Source of the DNA: Myxococcota bacterium | GTDB lineage: Bacteria; Myxococcota_A; UBA9160; UBA6930 | Assembly: GCA_965223705.1 (NCBI GenBank) | Contig: OZ245015.1 | Location: 3,104,001-3,168,000 of the forward strand | Direction: 5' to 3' | Length of the DNA: 64,000 nt | Shown: one piece after another, positions 8,820 through 18,234 of the stretch | Layout of the letters: each line of letters begins with the position of its first letter | How positions within the stretch are numbered: the stretch's first letter is position 1 | Notes under the pieces: generated by a model | Database searches by the model: none | Told to the model about the DNA's origin: nothing | The model's input: only the letters and a program-made list of their open reading frames with translations | Made by a program: the position numbers and the translations under genes

Positions 8820-10867
8820 GCGAACCCGTCACCGACTTCAAGCTCAAGTGGTGGGACAGCCCAGAAGCGGGCCGCCTCGCCCTCCTGACCATCGACAACG
8901 GCGAGGACTACACCAAGCCGACGACTTTCGGCGAGGCGGCGCTCGACAACCTCGAACGAACGCTCGACGCGATCGAGGCGGACGAACCTCGCGGCCTGCT
9001 CCTGACGGGCAAGCCGTTCATCTTCGCCGCCGGCGCCAACCTCGATGAGTTCATCGGTGCCGACGCCGCGTTCGCACGTCGGGCGGGTGCCCGCGGGCAT
9101 GCGTTGTTCGGCCGGATCCGCGACTTGCCCGTTCCGACCCTCGCCGCAATCAACGGCGTCTGCATGGGCGGCGGCCTGGAAATCGCTCTCCATTGCGATC
9201 ACCGGACCTTGTCCCGCAATGCGCGCGCCCTCGCCTTCCCGGAAGTCTTCCTTTCGATCGTGCCGGCGTGGGGAGGGACGCAGCTCGCACCGCGCGCGAT
9301 CGGCGGTCCCCGGGCCCTCGAAGTCATCGTTCACAACGCGCTCAACCAGAATCGCACCTTGCGTCCAGAGCAGGCCTTCGAGCTCGGGTTGGCCGATTGG
9401 TTGATCGAACCGGTCGACTTTCTCGAAGAGTCGTTGCGGATCCTCGAGTCCTTGGCCCGCGGCGAGACGCCGGAGCGCGAGGCTGCAGACCGCACCGACG
9501 ACGCGACGAGTCTCGAAGAAGCGGTTGCCCGAGCGCGGGCATTTGCCGAAGCGAAGGTCCACGGCGCGACCCGCGCGCCCGAGCTCGCCATCGATTTGAT
9601 CGAGTTCGCCGCCTCGGGCGGGGATCTCGACGCCGGACTCGAGCGCGAGCGGGAGGCGCTCGCGGAGCTCCTGCCGGCGAGACAGGCCCAAGCCTCGACC
9701 TACAGCTTCCAGCTGACGCAACAGCGCGTCGGGAAACAGCCCTGGAAGCCCGACGTCGCGGGCCATCCGCTCGGCCGAGTCGCCGTCGTGGGCGCGGGCC
9801 TGATGGGCGCGCAGCTCGGCGCCCTCTTCCTGCAGCGCACCGAGCTGCCCCTCGTGATGAAAGACATCGCGGACGACGTGCTCGGAACCGCGCGCGAGCA
9901 CATCGAGGCAACGCTCGATGAGCGTGTCGCGAAAGGCCGGCTCGCCGCGGGCAAGGCGGCGTTTCTGAAATCCCTCGTCACGTACACCACCGACGACGCG
10001 GACCTCGCCGGCTCGGATTTCGTCATCGAGGCCGTTCTCGAGTCCGTCGCGTTGAAGCGCAAAATCTTCGGCGCGCTCGAAGAGGTCGTGGCGCCGACCT
10101 GTGTGTTCGCGACGAATACATCTTCCCTGTCGGTCACCGAGATCGCAGAGGAGCTCGAACATCCCGGACGCGTCGTGGGTTTTCACTTCTTCAACCCGGT
10201 GAAAGTCCTGCCCTTGGTCGAATTGGTGCGGGGTCGCCAGACCGACGACGTCACCTTCTCGACAGCGTTCGAGGTGGCGGCGCGGCTGGGTAAGAGCGCG
10301 GTGGCGTGCGCCGACGCACCGGCCTTTGTCGTGAACCGCTTGCTCACGCGTTTTCTGGCGCCGTGTCTCGAGGCCGCGACCGCGGGAACCTCCTTCGAGA
10401 CGGTCGATCGCGCCATCGAAGCGCTCGGCATGCCGATGGGTCCCTTCAAGTTGATCGGATTGGTGGGCCCGAAGATCGCTGTACATACAGGAGAATCGCT
10501 TCACCGGGCGTTCCCGGATCGCTTTGGGACCGACGCGAATCTAAAGCGCCTCGCGGAGTCCGGACTGCCCGGCGTCTATGGGTTCGACGGAAAGATCAAC
10601 GAAGACGCGCGGGCGCTGTGGGAAACCGAGGGCGAGCCCAGCAGCGAAGAAGAGGTGCGCCGCGCCGCGCTTCGCGCGGTGGCCGACGAAGCGAAGCGGC
10701 TCCTCGACGAAGGCGTCGTCGCGGACGCGCGGGATATCGACACCTGCATGATCCTCGGCGCGGGTTGGCCGTTCTTCATGGGTGGGATCTGCCTCTATCT
10801 CGATCAAATCGGCTTGAGCGAGGAGCTCTTCGGAGCGCGACTGGTCGGCGCGTCGGATCGGGCCTAG
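8816..10867 (+). CDS. fadB: Fatty-acid oxidation multifunctional enzyme (enoyl-CoA hydratase + 3-hydroxyacyl-CoA dehydrogenase)
   Basis: GTG 8816 overlaps the thiolase TGA (GTGA). GGGLE...PEV crotonase glutamates; GAGLMG, EAVLE, TNTSSL, HFFNP. Confidence 0.93.
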   Translation: MSEPVTDFKLKWWDSPEAGRLALLTIDNGEDYTKPTTFGEAALDNLERTLDAIEADEPRGLLLTGKPFIFAAGANLDEFIGADAAFARRAGARGHALFGRIRDLPVPTLAAINGVCMGGGLEIALHCDHRTLSRNARALAFPEVFLSIVPAWGGTQLAPRAIGGPRALEVIVHNALNQNRTLRPEQAFELGLADWLIEPVDFLEESLRILESLARGETPEREAADRTDDATSLEEAVARARAFAEAKVHGATRAPELAIDLIEFAASGGDLDAGLEREREALAELLPARQAQASTYSFQLTQQRVGKQPWKPDVAGHPLGRVAVVGAGLMGAQLGALFLQRTELPLVMKDIADDVLGTAREHIEATLDERVAKGRLAAGKAAFLKSLVTYTTDDADLAGSDFVIEAVLESVALKRKIFGALEEVVAPTCVFATNTSSLSVTEIAEELEHPGRVVGFHFFNPVKVLPLVELVRGRQTDDVTFSTAFEVAARLGKSAVACADAPAFVVNRLLTRFLAPCLEAATAGTSFETVDRAIEALGMPMGPFKLIGLVGPKIAVHTGESLHRAFPDRFGTDANLKRLAESGLPGVYGFDGKINEDARALWETEGEPSSEEEVRRAALRAVADEAKRLLDEGVVADARDIDTCMILGAGWPFFMGGICLYLDQIGLSEELFGARLVGASDRA

Positions 10868-10872
10868 CTCTC

Positions 10873-12153
10873 GTGCCGACGACCCTCGCCGAAGTGCCTT
10901 TGTGGCAGCAGCAAGCGCCGTTGCCGGACGACTTGGGTCGAGACGCGCCGCCGGAGCGCTGCGAGGTCGCGATCATCGGTGGCGGCTACACCGGTCTGGG
11001 CGCTGCTCGTGAGCTCTCGAGAATGGGAATCCAGGCCGTGGTGTTCGACGCTCTGCCGATCGGCCACGGCGCATCCTCGCGCAACGGCGGCAAAGCGCTG
11101 GTGGGCCTGAAGCACGACGCATCGCACGTCGTTGCACAACTGGGGCCGACGGTCGGGGAAGCCCTGTGGCGCGCGTCGCTCGAGGGCATCGACCGCATCG
11201 AAGAACTCGCGCTGGAAGAAGGCATCGACTGCGATTTCGAGCGTTGTGGCTCGACCTACCTCGCTTCGAAACCCGCGCACTTCGACGCCATGCGCCGCGA
11301 GAGCGAGTGGCTCGACGCGAACTTCGGCTATGCGCGCACGGACGTGGCCCGCTCGGACCTGGCGGACGAGATCGGCACGGACACCTATTTCGGCGCCACG
11401 GTCGACCCGCCGAGCGCCGGGATCCACCCGGCAAAGTGGGTGCGGGGCCTCGCGCACGCGGCGGCTCGGGCCGGCGCGATGCTCTGTGGGCAGACGCCTG
11501 TCACATCGATCATTCGCCGCGCCGAGGGGTTCCGTCTGCGAACCGGAGCCGGGGACGTCGTCGCCCGTGAGATCCTGATTGCGACGAACGGATATACCGG
11601 TCCGCTGGATCGCAGCATCCAACGCCGCGTGATCCCGGTCGGGAGCTACATCATCGCGACGGATCCGCTTCCCGAAGCCGTGGGGACGCGCTTGTCGCCG
11701 CGCGGGCGCATGTTCTACGACTCGAAGTGGTTCTTGAAGTATTTCAGGCTAACCCCTGACGGGCGGATGCTCTTCGGTGGGCGGACAACCATTTCGCCGG
11801 ATCAGGATCTCCACCGGAGCGCGCGCCTCCTTCGAGACGACATGGTGCGCATGTTCCCGAGCCTTCGTAACACGCGGGTCACCCATTCGTGGAGCGGCCG
11901 GCTCGGCGTGACCTTCGACGCCCTTCCACACATCGGGCGCCGAAACGGGCTCCACTACGCACTGGGTTATGGGGGGCACGGCGTGGCGCTCTCAATCGTT
12001 CTGGCGGAACACGCCGCGCAGTGGATCGCCGGCAAGCGCGACAGCAGCGTCTTCCTCGAGATCCCGCACGCGACGCGCTTTTTCCACCGCGGGGACCCGT
12101 GGTTCCGGCCCTTCCTGGGCGCGGGACTCCGTTTTCTCGACTGGATCAGCTAG
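10873..12153 (+). CDS. FAD-dependent oxidoreductase, DAO family (PuuB gamma-glutamylputrescine oxidase-like)
   Basis: IIGGGYTGL, GASSRNGG, IHPAK, ATNGY, YFRLTPDGRMLFGG, GYGGHGV. Confidence 0.85.
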   Translation: MPTTLAEVPLWQQQAPLPDDLGRDAPPERCEVAIIGGGYTGLGAARELSRMGIQAVVFDALPIGHGASSRNGGKALVGLKHDASHVVAQLGPTVGEALWRASLEGIDRIEELALEEGIDCDFERCGSTYLASKPAHFDAMRRESEWLDANFGYARTDVARSDLADEIGTDTYFGATVDPPSAGIHPAKWVRGLAHAAARAGAMLCGQTPVTSIIRRAEGFRLRTGAGDVVAREILIATNGYTGPLDRSIQRRVIPVGSYIIATDPLPEAVGTRLSPRGRMFYDSKWFLKYFRLTPDGRMLFGGRTTISPDQDLHRSARLLRDDMVRMFPSLRNTRVTHSWSGRLGVTFDALPHIGRRNGLHYALGYGGHGVALSIVLAEHAAQWIAGKRDSSVFLEIPHATRFFHRGDPWFRPFLGAGLRFLDWIS

Positions 12154-14095
12154 CCGCGTCCACCCCTTCCAGCGGTTCGATGTGGTCGAGCGATTCGGGG
12201 TTTTCCATGCTCGAGAGATCGCCGGGTGCGCGCCCGAGTGCCAAGGCTTTGATCACGCGCCGCATGATCTTTTGCGAGCGGGTTCGCGGGAGGTCCGGAA
12301 CCGCGAGGATCCGCTTCGGCCGAAAGGCCTTGCCGACCACCGACACGATCTGTGCTTCGACTTCGGGGAGCAGCGACGCAGGCGCCGCCGCGTCGGGCGC
12401 CGGAACGACGTAGGTCACGATGACCTCGCCTTTGACGGGGTCCGGCACGCCGATGGCCGCAGCCATCGCGACCCCGCCATGGGCCACCGCGGCGTCCTCG
12501 ATCTCCGCCGGACCGATGCGCTTACCGGCGATGTTCAGCGTGTCGTCGGAGCGGCCGTGGAGAAACCAGAAACCGTCCTCGTCGACGGTCGCCCAGTCGC
12601 CGTGGACCCAGACGTCGGGCCACCGGCTCCAGTAAGTCTCGAGATAGCGCTCGCGATCGCCGAAAAAGCCACGCGTGGCACCCGGCCAGTGGGCCTTGCA
12701 GACGAGCTCTCCGACTTCACCTCGAAGGGGCTCGCCATCCTCGCTGAAGACGTCCATCGCCAGCCCGAGGCAGGGCCCGCCGACCGAGCACGGTTTCAAC
12801 CCTTGATGGGGGTTCGCAGCGAGGAAACACGCGCCCACCTCGGTGCCACCGGACATGTTGATGATCGGCCGCTTGCCTCCGCCAACCGTCTCGAACAGCC
12901 ACCACCAGGGCGATGGGTTCCACACCTCACCCGTCGAACCGAAGGTCCGCAGAGAATCGAGGCTCGCACCCGTCAGGTGTTCGTCGCCGTGGCTCGCGAG
13001 AGCGCGGACGAGCGTCGGCGATACCCCGAGCGCCGTAATGCGAAGCTCGTCGACGAGCCGCCACAGCGCACCGGGATCGGGGTAATCCGGCGCCCCGTCG
13101 ATCAATGCGATCGCCGCGCCATTGCCCAGCGCGGCCGTGATGAGCCACGGGCCCATGATCCAGCCCATATCGGTGACCCACGTCGCGACGTCGTCCGGTT
13201 GGTAGTCGAGCTGGAACGCCCCTTCTTGGATGATCTTGATCGCGGCGCCGCCGTGGGGAAGCAAGATGCCTTTGGGCTTTCCCGTCGTGCCCGACGTGTA
13301 GCCGAGGAGAAACGGCGCTTCGCTGTCGACGGGAACCGGCGCCGCGGGCTCGGCAGCCGCCAGGATCTCAGCCCACGCGACGTCTCGGCCGTCCTCCCAG
13401 GGCACGTTACTTCGCCCGACGTAGTCGACGACTGCGACGCGAAGGGGAAGTCCGACCCGATCGAGGGCCGCATCCGCCGTCTCCTTCATCGGGACGACCC
13501 GGCCGCGCCTCGAGACGCCGTCCGCCGTGACCAGGACCTTGGGGCGTGCGTCGGACACGCGGGCGGCAATCGCGTCGACGCCGAAACCCGAAAAGATCGG
13601 AACGAACAGGCCGCCGACGCGAGCCGTCGCCAGCAGCACGATCGCGGCTTCGGGACTCATCGGCAGGAAGCAGGCGACGGGATCGCCGGTGCCGACGCCG
13701 ACGCTTCGGAGCCAACCGGCCACCCGAGCGACGGCGTCCCGTAGCTCGCCGAAGGTCAGCGATCGCCGCGCGCCGTCCTCACGGGCGGCGCGAATCGCAA
13801 CGCGGTCGGGATCCCGATCGGCCCAGCGATCGACGCACGCTCGGGAGAGGTTGAGCTCGCCTCCGACAAACCAGCGGCCGAATGGCACGCCATGGCTTCC
13901 GTCGTAGACCGCCCGGTAAGGCGTCTCGAACGGGATCGCGAGGTAATCGACCACGGCGTCCCAAAACCAAGTCGGCTCCGCGATCGACCGGGCCACGAGG
14001 TCCGCGTAAGCACCGATCCCGTGGCGATCCATGAATTTCTGGGTGTGGGAGCGGGCGATGATCGAAGCGTCGGGTCGCCAGACAATCTCAGACAA
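12146..14095 (-). CDS. AMP-forming acyl-CoA synthetase (acetate-CoA ligase family)
   Basis: YTSGTTGKPKG, DMGWIMG, SGGTE, HGD, GRSDD, LPRTRSQKIMRR. Confidence 0.93.
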   Translation of the reverse strand: MSEIVWRPDASIIARSHTQKFMDRHGIGAYADLVARSIAEPTWFWDAVVDYLAIPFETPYRAVYDGSHGVPFGRWFVGGELNLSRACVDRWADRDPDRVAIRAAREDGARRSLTFGELRDAVARVAGWLRSVGVGTGDPVACFLPMSPEAAIVLLATARVGGLFVPIFSGFGVDAIAARVSDARPKVLVTADGVSRRGRVVPMKETADAALDRVGLPLRVAVVDYVGRSNVPWEDGRDVAWAEILAAAEPAAPVPVDSEAPFLLGYTSGTTGKPKGILLPHGGAAIKIIQEGAFQLDYQPDDVATWVTDMGWIMGPWLITAALGNGAAIALIDGAPDYPDPGALWRLVDELRITALGVSPTLVRALASHGDEHLTGASLDSLRTFGSTGEVWNPSPWWWLFETVGGGKRPIINMSGGTEVGACFLAANPHQGLKPCSVGGPCLGLAMDVFSEDGEPLRGEVGELVCKAHWPGATRGFFGDRERYLETYWSRWPDVWVHGDWATVDEDGFWFLHGRSDDTLNIAGKRIGPAEIEDAAVAHGGVAMAAAIGVPDPVKGEVIVTYVVPAPDAAAPASLLPEVEAQIVSVVGKAFRPKRILAVPDLPRTRSQKIMRRVIKALALGRAPGDLSSMENPESLDHIEPLEGVDAAS

Positions 14096-14118
14096 AAGGC
14101 ATCCTCCAGCCGTGTGCT

Positions 14119-14184
14119 GCCCTGCGGTACGTCCGTCGCCTTGCGTGTTTCGCCCTGCGGTACGTCCGTGGCTTTGCGTGTGTC
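14119..14184. repeat. Tandem direct repeat, 2 x 33 bp (30/33 identical)
   Basis: gccctgcggtacgtccgtcgccttgcgtgtttc followed by gccctgcggtacgtccgtggctttgcgtgtgtc, in the divergent intergenic region. Confidence 0.9.
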
Positions 14185-14195
14185 ATCCTCACGCC

Positions 14196-14900
14196 GTGGC
14201 TCAAGCGATTCAACGACCGCCCGAAGTCAGCGCGCACGGAGAACGAATCGCGGGGCTCGCTCGGGATCGTAACCCCGACCGGCCCTGGTACCGGTATGCG
14301 TATCGCCTCCTGCCCGCCGACGCCCGCGGGACCTGGTTCGATCTGGGTTGCGGCCAGGGAGAACTCCTCGAGGAGGCGCGCCGACGCGGCCTGCGCGGGA
14401 TGGGGCTCGACGTCTCCCGCGACAACGCGAAGGCGACCCTGCGAAGCGGCGCCCACAGCCTGGTGGGCGACCTCAACCGGGGCCTGCCCTTCGCGGACGC
14501 TGCACTCGCCGGCGCCACGCTGGTGGAGGTCATCGAGCACATCATCCAGGCGGAGAGTCTGCTCGCCGAGCTTCACCGGGTGATTCGACCCGGCGGTTGG
14601 CTGATCTTGACGACGCCGAATGTCGTCCACTGGACGTACCGTGTTCGGGCGCTGACGGGCCACCCGCCGAAACAAGAGGGCTATCACTACCGCTTCTTCA
14701 CGAAAGCGCTGTTGCGAAGGGTCCTCGCCGATGCCGGCTTTGAGCTCCGCGAGCGCGGTTCCTTCGGCAAGAACGCGCTGCTGACGAAGCTCCTGCGTCG
14801 CCGGCGCGGGAAGGATTTCAAGTACCGCTACCTCGTCCCGGGGCCCGTCGAGGGTCTGCTGGCGCAACATTTCGTCTGGAAGCTCGAGCGCGTGAACTGA
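14196..14900 (+). CDS. Class I SAM-dependent methyltransferase
   Basis: DLGCGQG, GLDVS, DLNRGLPF, EVIEH, RVIRPGGWLILTTPN. Start uncertain (GTG 14196 chosen). Confidence 0.85.
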   Translation: MAQAIQRPPEVSAHGERIAGLARDRNPDRPWYRYAYRLLPADARGTWFDLGCGQGELLEEARRRGLRGMGLDVSRDNAKATLRSGAHSLVGDLNRGLPFADAALAGATLVEVIEHIIQAESLLAELHRVIRPGGWLILTTPNVVHWTYRVRALTGHPPKQEGYHYRFFTKALLRRVLADAGFELRERGSFGKNALLTKLLRRRRGKDFKYRYLVPGPVEGLLAQHFVWKLERVN

Positions 14901-14922
14901 CCGCCTCCCGAGCCGGTCCGTG

Positions 14923-14928
14923 TACAAT
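14923..14928 (+). promoter_or_regulatory. Putative -10 element of the amine dehydrogenase cluster
   Basis: TACAAT about 30 nt upstream of ATG 14958, with a GGAGG RBS in between; no clear -35. Confidence 0.35.
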
Positions 14929-14957
14929 GGGCCGGTCGAAGCTCCGGAGGGGACGGG

Positions 14958-16145
14958 ATGGCGACACTTCGAAGGATCCTATCTGCGCCGCTGGTCTACG
15001 CCGCAGGCGCGCTCGTGTCGGCCGCCGTCTTGGCGCTGTCGGTGGCCGCCGCGCGGGCGGACCTGCCCGTCGAGACCCAGACGACGCAAGAGCTCCCCGC
15101 GAAGCCCTCGCCGCACTGGGTGTTCGTCAACGACTTCGCGTTCCAGAACATGATGGACAGTCGGGCGTATCTCATCGACGCCGATCGAGGCACCGTGCTG
15201 GGCCTCATCCCGACCGGCTACTTTCACAATGCGCTCAAATTCGCCCGGGACTATCGCGAGATCTACTCCGTCCAGACCTACTATTCCCGAGGCTCCCGCG
15301 GTGATCGCACGGACGTCGTCTCGATCTACAACCCCAAGGATCTGTCGTTCGCCGAAGAGATCGTCATCCCCGCGAAGCGCATGACGAACACGCCGAGTAC
15401 CGCCAACGCCACGCTCACCGGGAACGGACGTTTCCTCGTCGTGTTCAACATGACTCCGGCGTGGTCGGCCACGGTGGTGGACGTCGCGGAGCGGAAGGTC
15501 GTCGGAGAGTTCGACAGCGGCGGGTGCGCCATGCTGTACGCGACGGGCGACGCGACACTCAATCTCCTGTGTGGCGACGGCGGCATTCTCACGGTGTCGC
15601 TCGGCGACGACGGTCAGCCCGGCGAGCGCAAGCGGAGCGAGGGCTTTTTCGACGCCGCAGGCGACCCGATTCTCGAACGCGCCGTTCGCCTGGGCGACAC
15701 CTGGTATTTCGTTTCCTATGGCGGGGTGATGCATTCCTTCGACGCGTCGAGTGGCGCTCCTTCGTTTGGGGAGCGCTGGTCGCTCATCAGTGACGCGGAT
15801 CGCGCCGATTCCTGGAAGGTCGGCGGTTCGCAGCCGCTGGCAGTTCACGCCCCGACGAACACGCTGTACGCCCTGATGCACCAAGGGGGCGATTGGTCCC
15901 ACGACGACCCGGGGACGGAAATCTGGACCTTCGATCTCTCCGAGAAGCGGCGTACGGGCCGCATCGCGTTGCGCCAGCTGACCTCGACAATGACCGTCAC
16001 GAACGACGCCTCGCCGCTGCTCCTCGGCGCCTCCTTTATCACGGCGGAACTCGACGTGTACGACGCGAAGAGCGGCAAACACCTCCGCACGGTGGATGAA
16101 GTCGGTACCACGCCGTTCCTGCTTCAGGTCCCGCCTCAGCCGTGA
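14958..16145 (+). CDS. mauB: TTQ amine dehydrogenase large (beta-propeller) subunit, MauB/AauB
   Basis: Signal peptide; TYYSRGSRGDRTDVV, FNMTPA, GC..Y...LCGDG, GGSQ, LMH...SHDDPGTEIW; first gene of a BEDA cluster. Confidence 0.93.
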   Translation: MATLRRILSAPLVYAAGALVSAAVLALSVAAARADLPVETQTTQELPAKPSPHWVFVNDFAFQNMMDSRAYLIDADRGTVLGLIPTGYFHNALKFARDYREIYSVQTYYSRGSRGDRTDVVSIYNPKDLSFAEEIVIPAKRMTNTPSTANATLTGNGRFLVVFNMTPAWSATVVDVAERKVVGEFDSGGCAMLYATGDATLNLLCGDGGILTVSLGDDGQPGERKRSEGFFDAAGDPILERAVRLGDTWYFVSYGGVMHSFDASSGAPSFGERWSLISDADRADSWKVGGSQPLAVHAPTNTLYALMHQGGDWSHDDPGTEIWTFDLSEKRRTGRIALRQLTSTMTVTNDASPLLLGASFITAELDVYDAKSGKHLRTVDEVGTTPFLLQVPPQP

Positions 16146-16681
16146 CCGAGTTTGTCGCCGTCCTTCACGTCTCGGTATGCGGTGCCCTCGCGCTGGTCCT
16201 CGCCGGAAGCGCGCTGCACAAACTGACGGATGTCGCGGGCTTCGCCCGCATCCTGTCGCAGTATCAGATGCTCCCCGGGTGGGCGATTCAAGCGACGGCG
16301 CGCAGCATTCCGGTCTTTGAGCTCGTCGCGGCCGGAATGCTCCTCGCCGCACCGACACGCCCCCTGGGCGGCGCTCTCGCGGCGGGGCTCCTCGCGATCT
16401 ACAGCTCGGCGATCGCACTCCAGCTGAGACGCGGCCGAACGGAAATCGACTGTGGTTGCGGTGGGTTCGGAGCGGATCAGGGAATTCGGCCGAGCCTTCT
16501 CGGCCGGAATGCGGCGCTCATGGCCGCCGCTTTGTGGGCCTTGCAGCCGGTTTCGGTCGCGACGTTCGGTCCGGCGGTGCTCGCGTTGAGCGCCGTCGCC
16601 GGGTTGGTCCTGGTGCTTCTCTACGCCGCGGCGGACCAGCTGCTGGCAAACGGCGCACGCTTCCGGGTTTCCGATGCCTGA
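16142..16681 (+). CDS. mauE: Methylamine utilization protein MauE
   Basis: SALHKL, ELVAA, RGRTEIDCGCGG, LGRN; hydrophobic; GTGA overlap with mauB. Confidence 0.93.
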   Translation: MTEFVAVLHVSVCGALALVLAGSALHKLTDVAGFARILSQYQMLPGWAIQATARSIPVFELVAAGMLLAAPTRPLGGALAAGLLAIYSSAIALQLRRGRTEIDCGCGGFGADQGIRPSLLGRNAALMAAALWALQPVSVATFGPAVLALSAVAGLVLVLLYAAADQLLANGARFRVSDA

Positions 16682-17285
16682 CGCGCTCTTGATCTCCAAC
16701 CTCTTGCTCTGGTGCCTGGTGGTGGGTCTCGCCGCGGCCGTCGTGGCGTTGGCGCGGCAAGTCGGCGTCCTGCACGAGCGGATCGCTCCGGCCGGCGCGC
16801 TCTCGCTCCAAGGTGGGCTCGAAGTCGGCGAGCGCGCGCCCGAGCTCGTCCTCCCGACGCTCGCGGGCGACGACATCCGAGTCGGCGGCACCTCCGCGGA
16901 CCATCGAAGCACCCTGCTCTTCTTCCTCTCCCCGACCTGCCCCGTTTGCGACACGCTGCTGCCGATCCTTCGCTCGGTCGCGAAAAGCGAGCGAGGGTGG
17001 CTTCAGGTCGTGCTCGCGAGTGACGGGGAACCGGCCGAACATCGGAGCTTCAGCGAACGCCAGGAGCTTCAAGCGTTTCCGTACGTGTTGTCCCGCGACC
17101 TCGGTATGCGTTTCCACGTGGCGAAGCTCCCGTACGCGGCGCTGATCGACGAGGGTGGCGTGCTGCGAGCCAAAGGCCTCATCAATTCCCGCGAGCATCT
17201 CGAGAGTTTGTTCGAAGCGATGGAGCGCGGTGTCGCGTCGGTGTCGGAATATCTCTCGGAACGCGACGACCTTCGGGTGGCATAG
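16674..17285 (+). CDS. mauD: Amine dehydrogenase accessory thioredoxin-fold protein MauD
   Basis: LARQVGVLHERIAPAGAL, SPTCPVC, KLPYA, KGLINSREHLESL. Confidence 0.96.
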   Translation: MPDALLISNLLLWCLVVGLAAAVVALARQVGVLHERIAPAGALSLQGGLEVGERAPELVLPTLAGDDIRVGGTSADHRSTLLFFLSPTCPVCDTLLPILRSVAKSERGWLQVVLASDGEPAEHRSFSERQELQAFPYVLSRDLGMRFHVAKLPYAALIDEGGVLRAKGLINSREHLESLFEAMERGVASVSEYLSERDDLRVA

Positions 17286-17293
17286 GAGAACCG

Positions 17294-17809
17294 ATGACCC
17301 ACAGAGCTGGCTTCCCGGATGGATGGATCGAGACCGTGGCACGGGGAATCGCCCGGCGCAGCTCGCGGCGGAGCTTTCTGTCGTGGCTCGGCACGACACT
17401 CGTCGGGGGCGCCGTGCTTCCGACCCTCCCGGTCGCCCGGGCGAGCGCTGAGGGCGCCGATCCCGGAGACCCCAAAGCCTGCGACTACTGGCGCTATTGC
17501 GGAATCGACGGATTCCTCTGCAGCTGCTGCGGCGGTACGGAATCTGCGTGCCCGCCGGGCACCGAACCTTCGGCCATCACTTGGGTCGGAACGTGCTTGA
17601 ACCCCGGGGACGGTCAGTCCTACGTGATCTCCTACAACGACTGCTGCGGCAAATCGAGCTGTGGGCGCTGCTTCTGCAACACGAACGAGCGCGAGACGCC
17701 GATCTACCAGCCCGGCAAGAACAACGACATCAACTGGTGCTTCGGGACGACGACCAACGTCTACCACTGCTCCGTCGCCGTGATCGTCGGTGTGGCCGAG
17801 GACGCGTAA
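17294..17809 (+). CDS. mauA: TTQ amine dehydrogenase small subunit (MauA/AauA)
   Basis: Tat motif SRRSFL; CDYWRYCGIDG, TWVGTC (Trp codon 17582), YNDCCG, NDINWC (Trp codon 17735); Cys-rich. Confidence 0.97.
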   Translation: MTHRAGFPDGWIETVARGIARRSSRRSFLSWLGTTLVGGAVLPTLPVARASAEGADPGDPKACDYWRYCGIDGFLCSCCGGTESACPPGTEPSAITWVGTCLNPGDGQSYVISYNDCCGKSSCGRCFCNTNERETPIYQPGKNNDINWCFGTTTNVYHCSVAVIVGVAEDA

Positions 17810-17838
17810 TCAAGCTCCATCGACCGGTTTTCGCCGGC

Positions 17839-18228
17839 GTGCTGGCGATGCTTCTCGCCGGCTCGGCGAGTGCGGGCTCTCCCCGGATCGATTTCCTGAT
17901 CCACTGCTCGGGCTGTCACTTGCCGAGCGGCCGCGGTCAGGAAGGGTCCGTCCCCGACCTGACCGCGTTCATGGGCCGTTTCGCCGCCCTGCCGGCGGGC
18001 CGGGCGTTTTTGGTTCAGGTCCCCGGATCGTCCCAGTCCCCGCTCTCCAACGCCGAGACCGCGGCGCTCCTCAATTGGATGCTCGAGGAGTTCGCGCGTT
18101 CGGACGCCGAGCCGTTCAGCGAGGAAGAGGTGGCCCGCTACCGGGCCGTCAAAATGCTCGACGTACAGGAGCGCCGGGCGGAACTGCTCGAAGCCATCGG
18201 AGAAAGCAACCCGGGCTACAACCGGTAG
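17839..18228 (+). CDS. Periplasmic monoheme c-type cytochrome
   Basis: CSGCH heme motif, GSVP, GRAFLVQVPG, LLNWML; signal-like N-terminus. True start may be near 17806 (see findings). Confidence 0.85.
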   Translation: MLAMLLAGSASAGSPRIDFLIHCSGCHLPSGRGQEGSVPDLTAFMGRFAALPAGRAFLVQVPGSSQSPLSNAETAALLNWMLEEFARSDAEPFSEEEVARYRAVKMLDVQERRAELLEAIGESNPGYNR

Positions 18229-18234
18229 CCACGG

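Noticed and set aside
7922..10867. Apparent N-terminal extensions or fusions in the ORF track (981-aa FadB, 607-aa crotonase, 615-aa DAO, 474-aa nitroreductase)
   Set aside because: The extensions overlap upstream genes in another frame; internal starts with an RBS or stop/start overlap give normal lengths.
14958..17809. Evidence for methylotrophy
   Set aside because: The small subunit looks AADH-like and the window has no C1 pathway genes.
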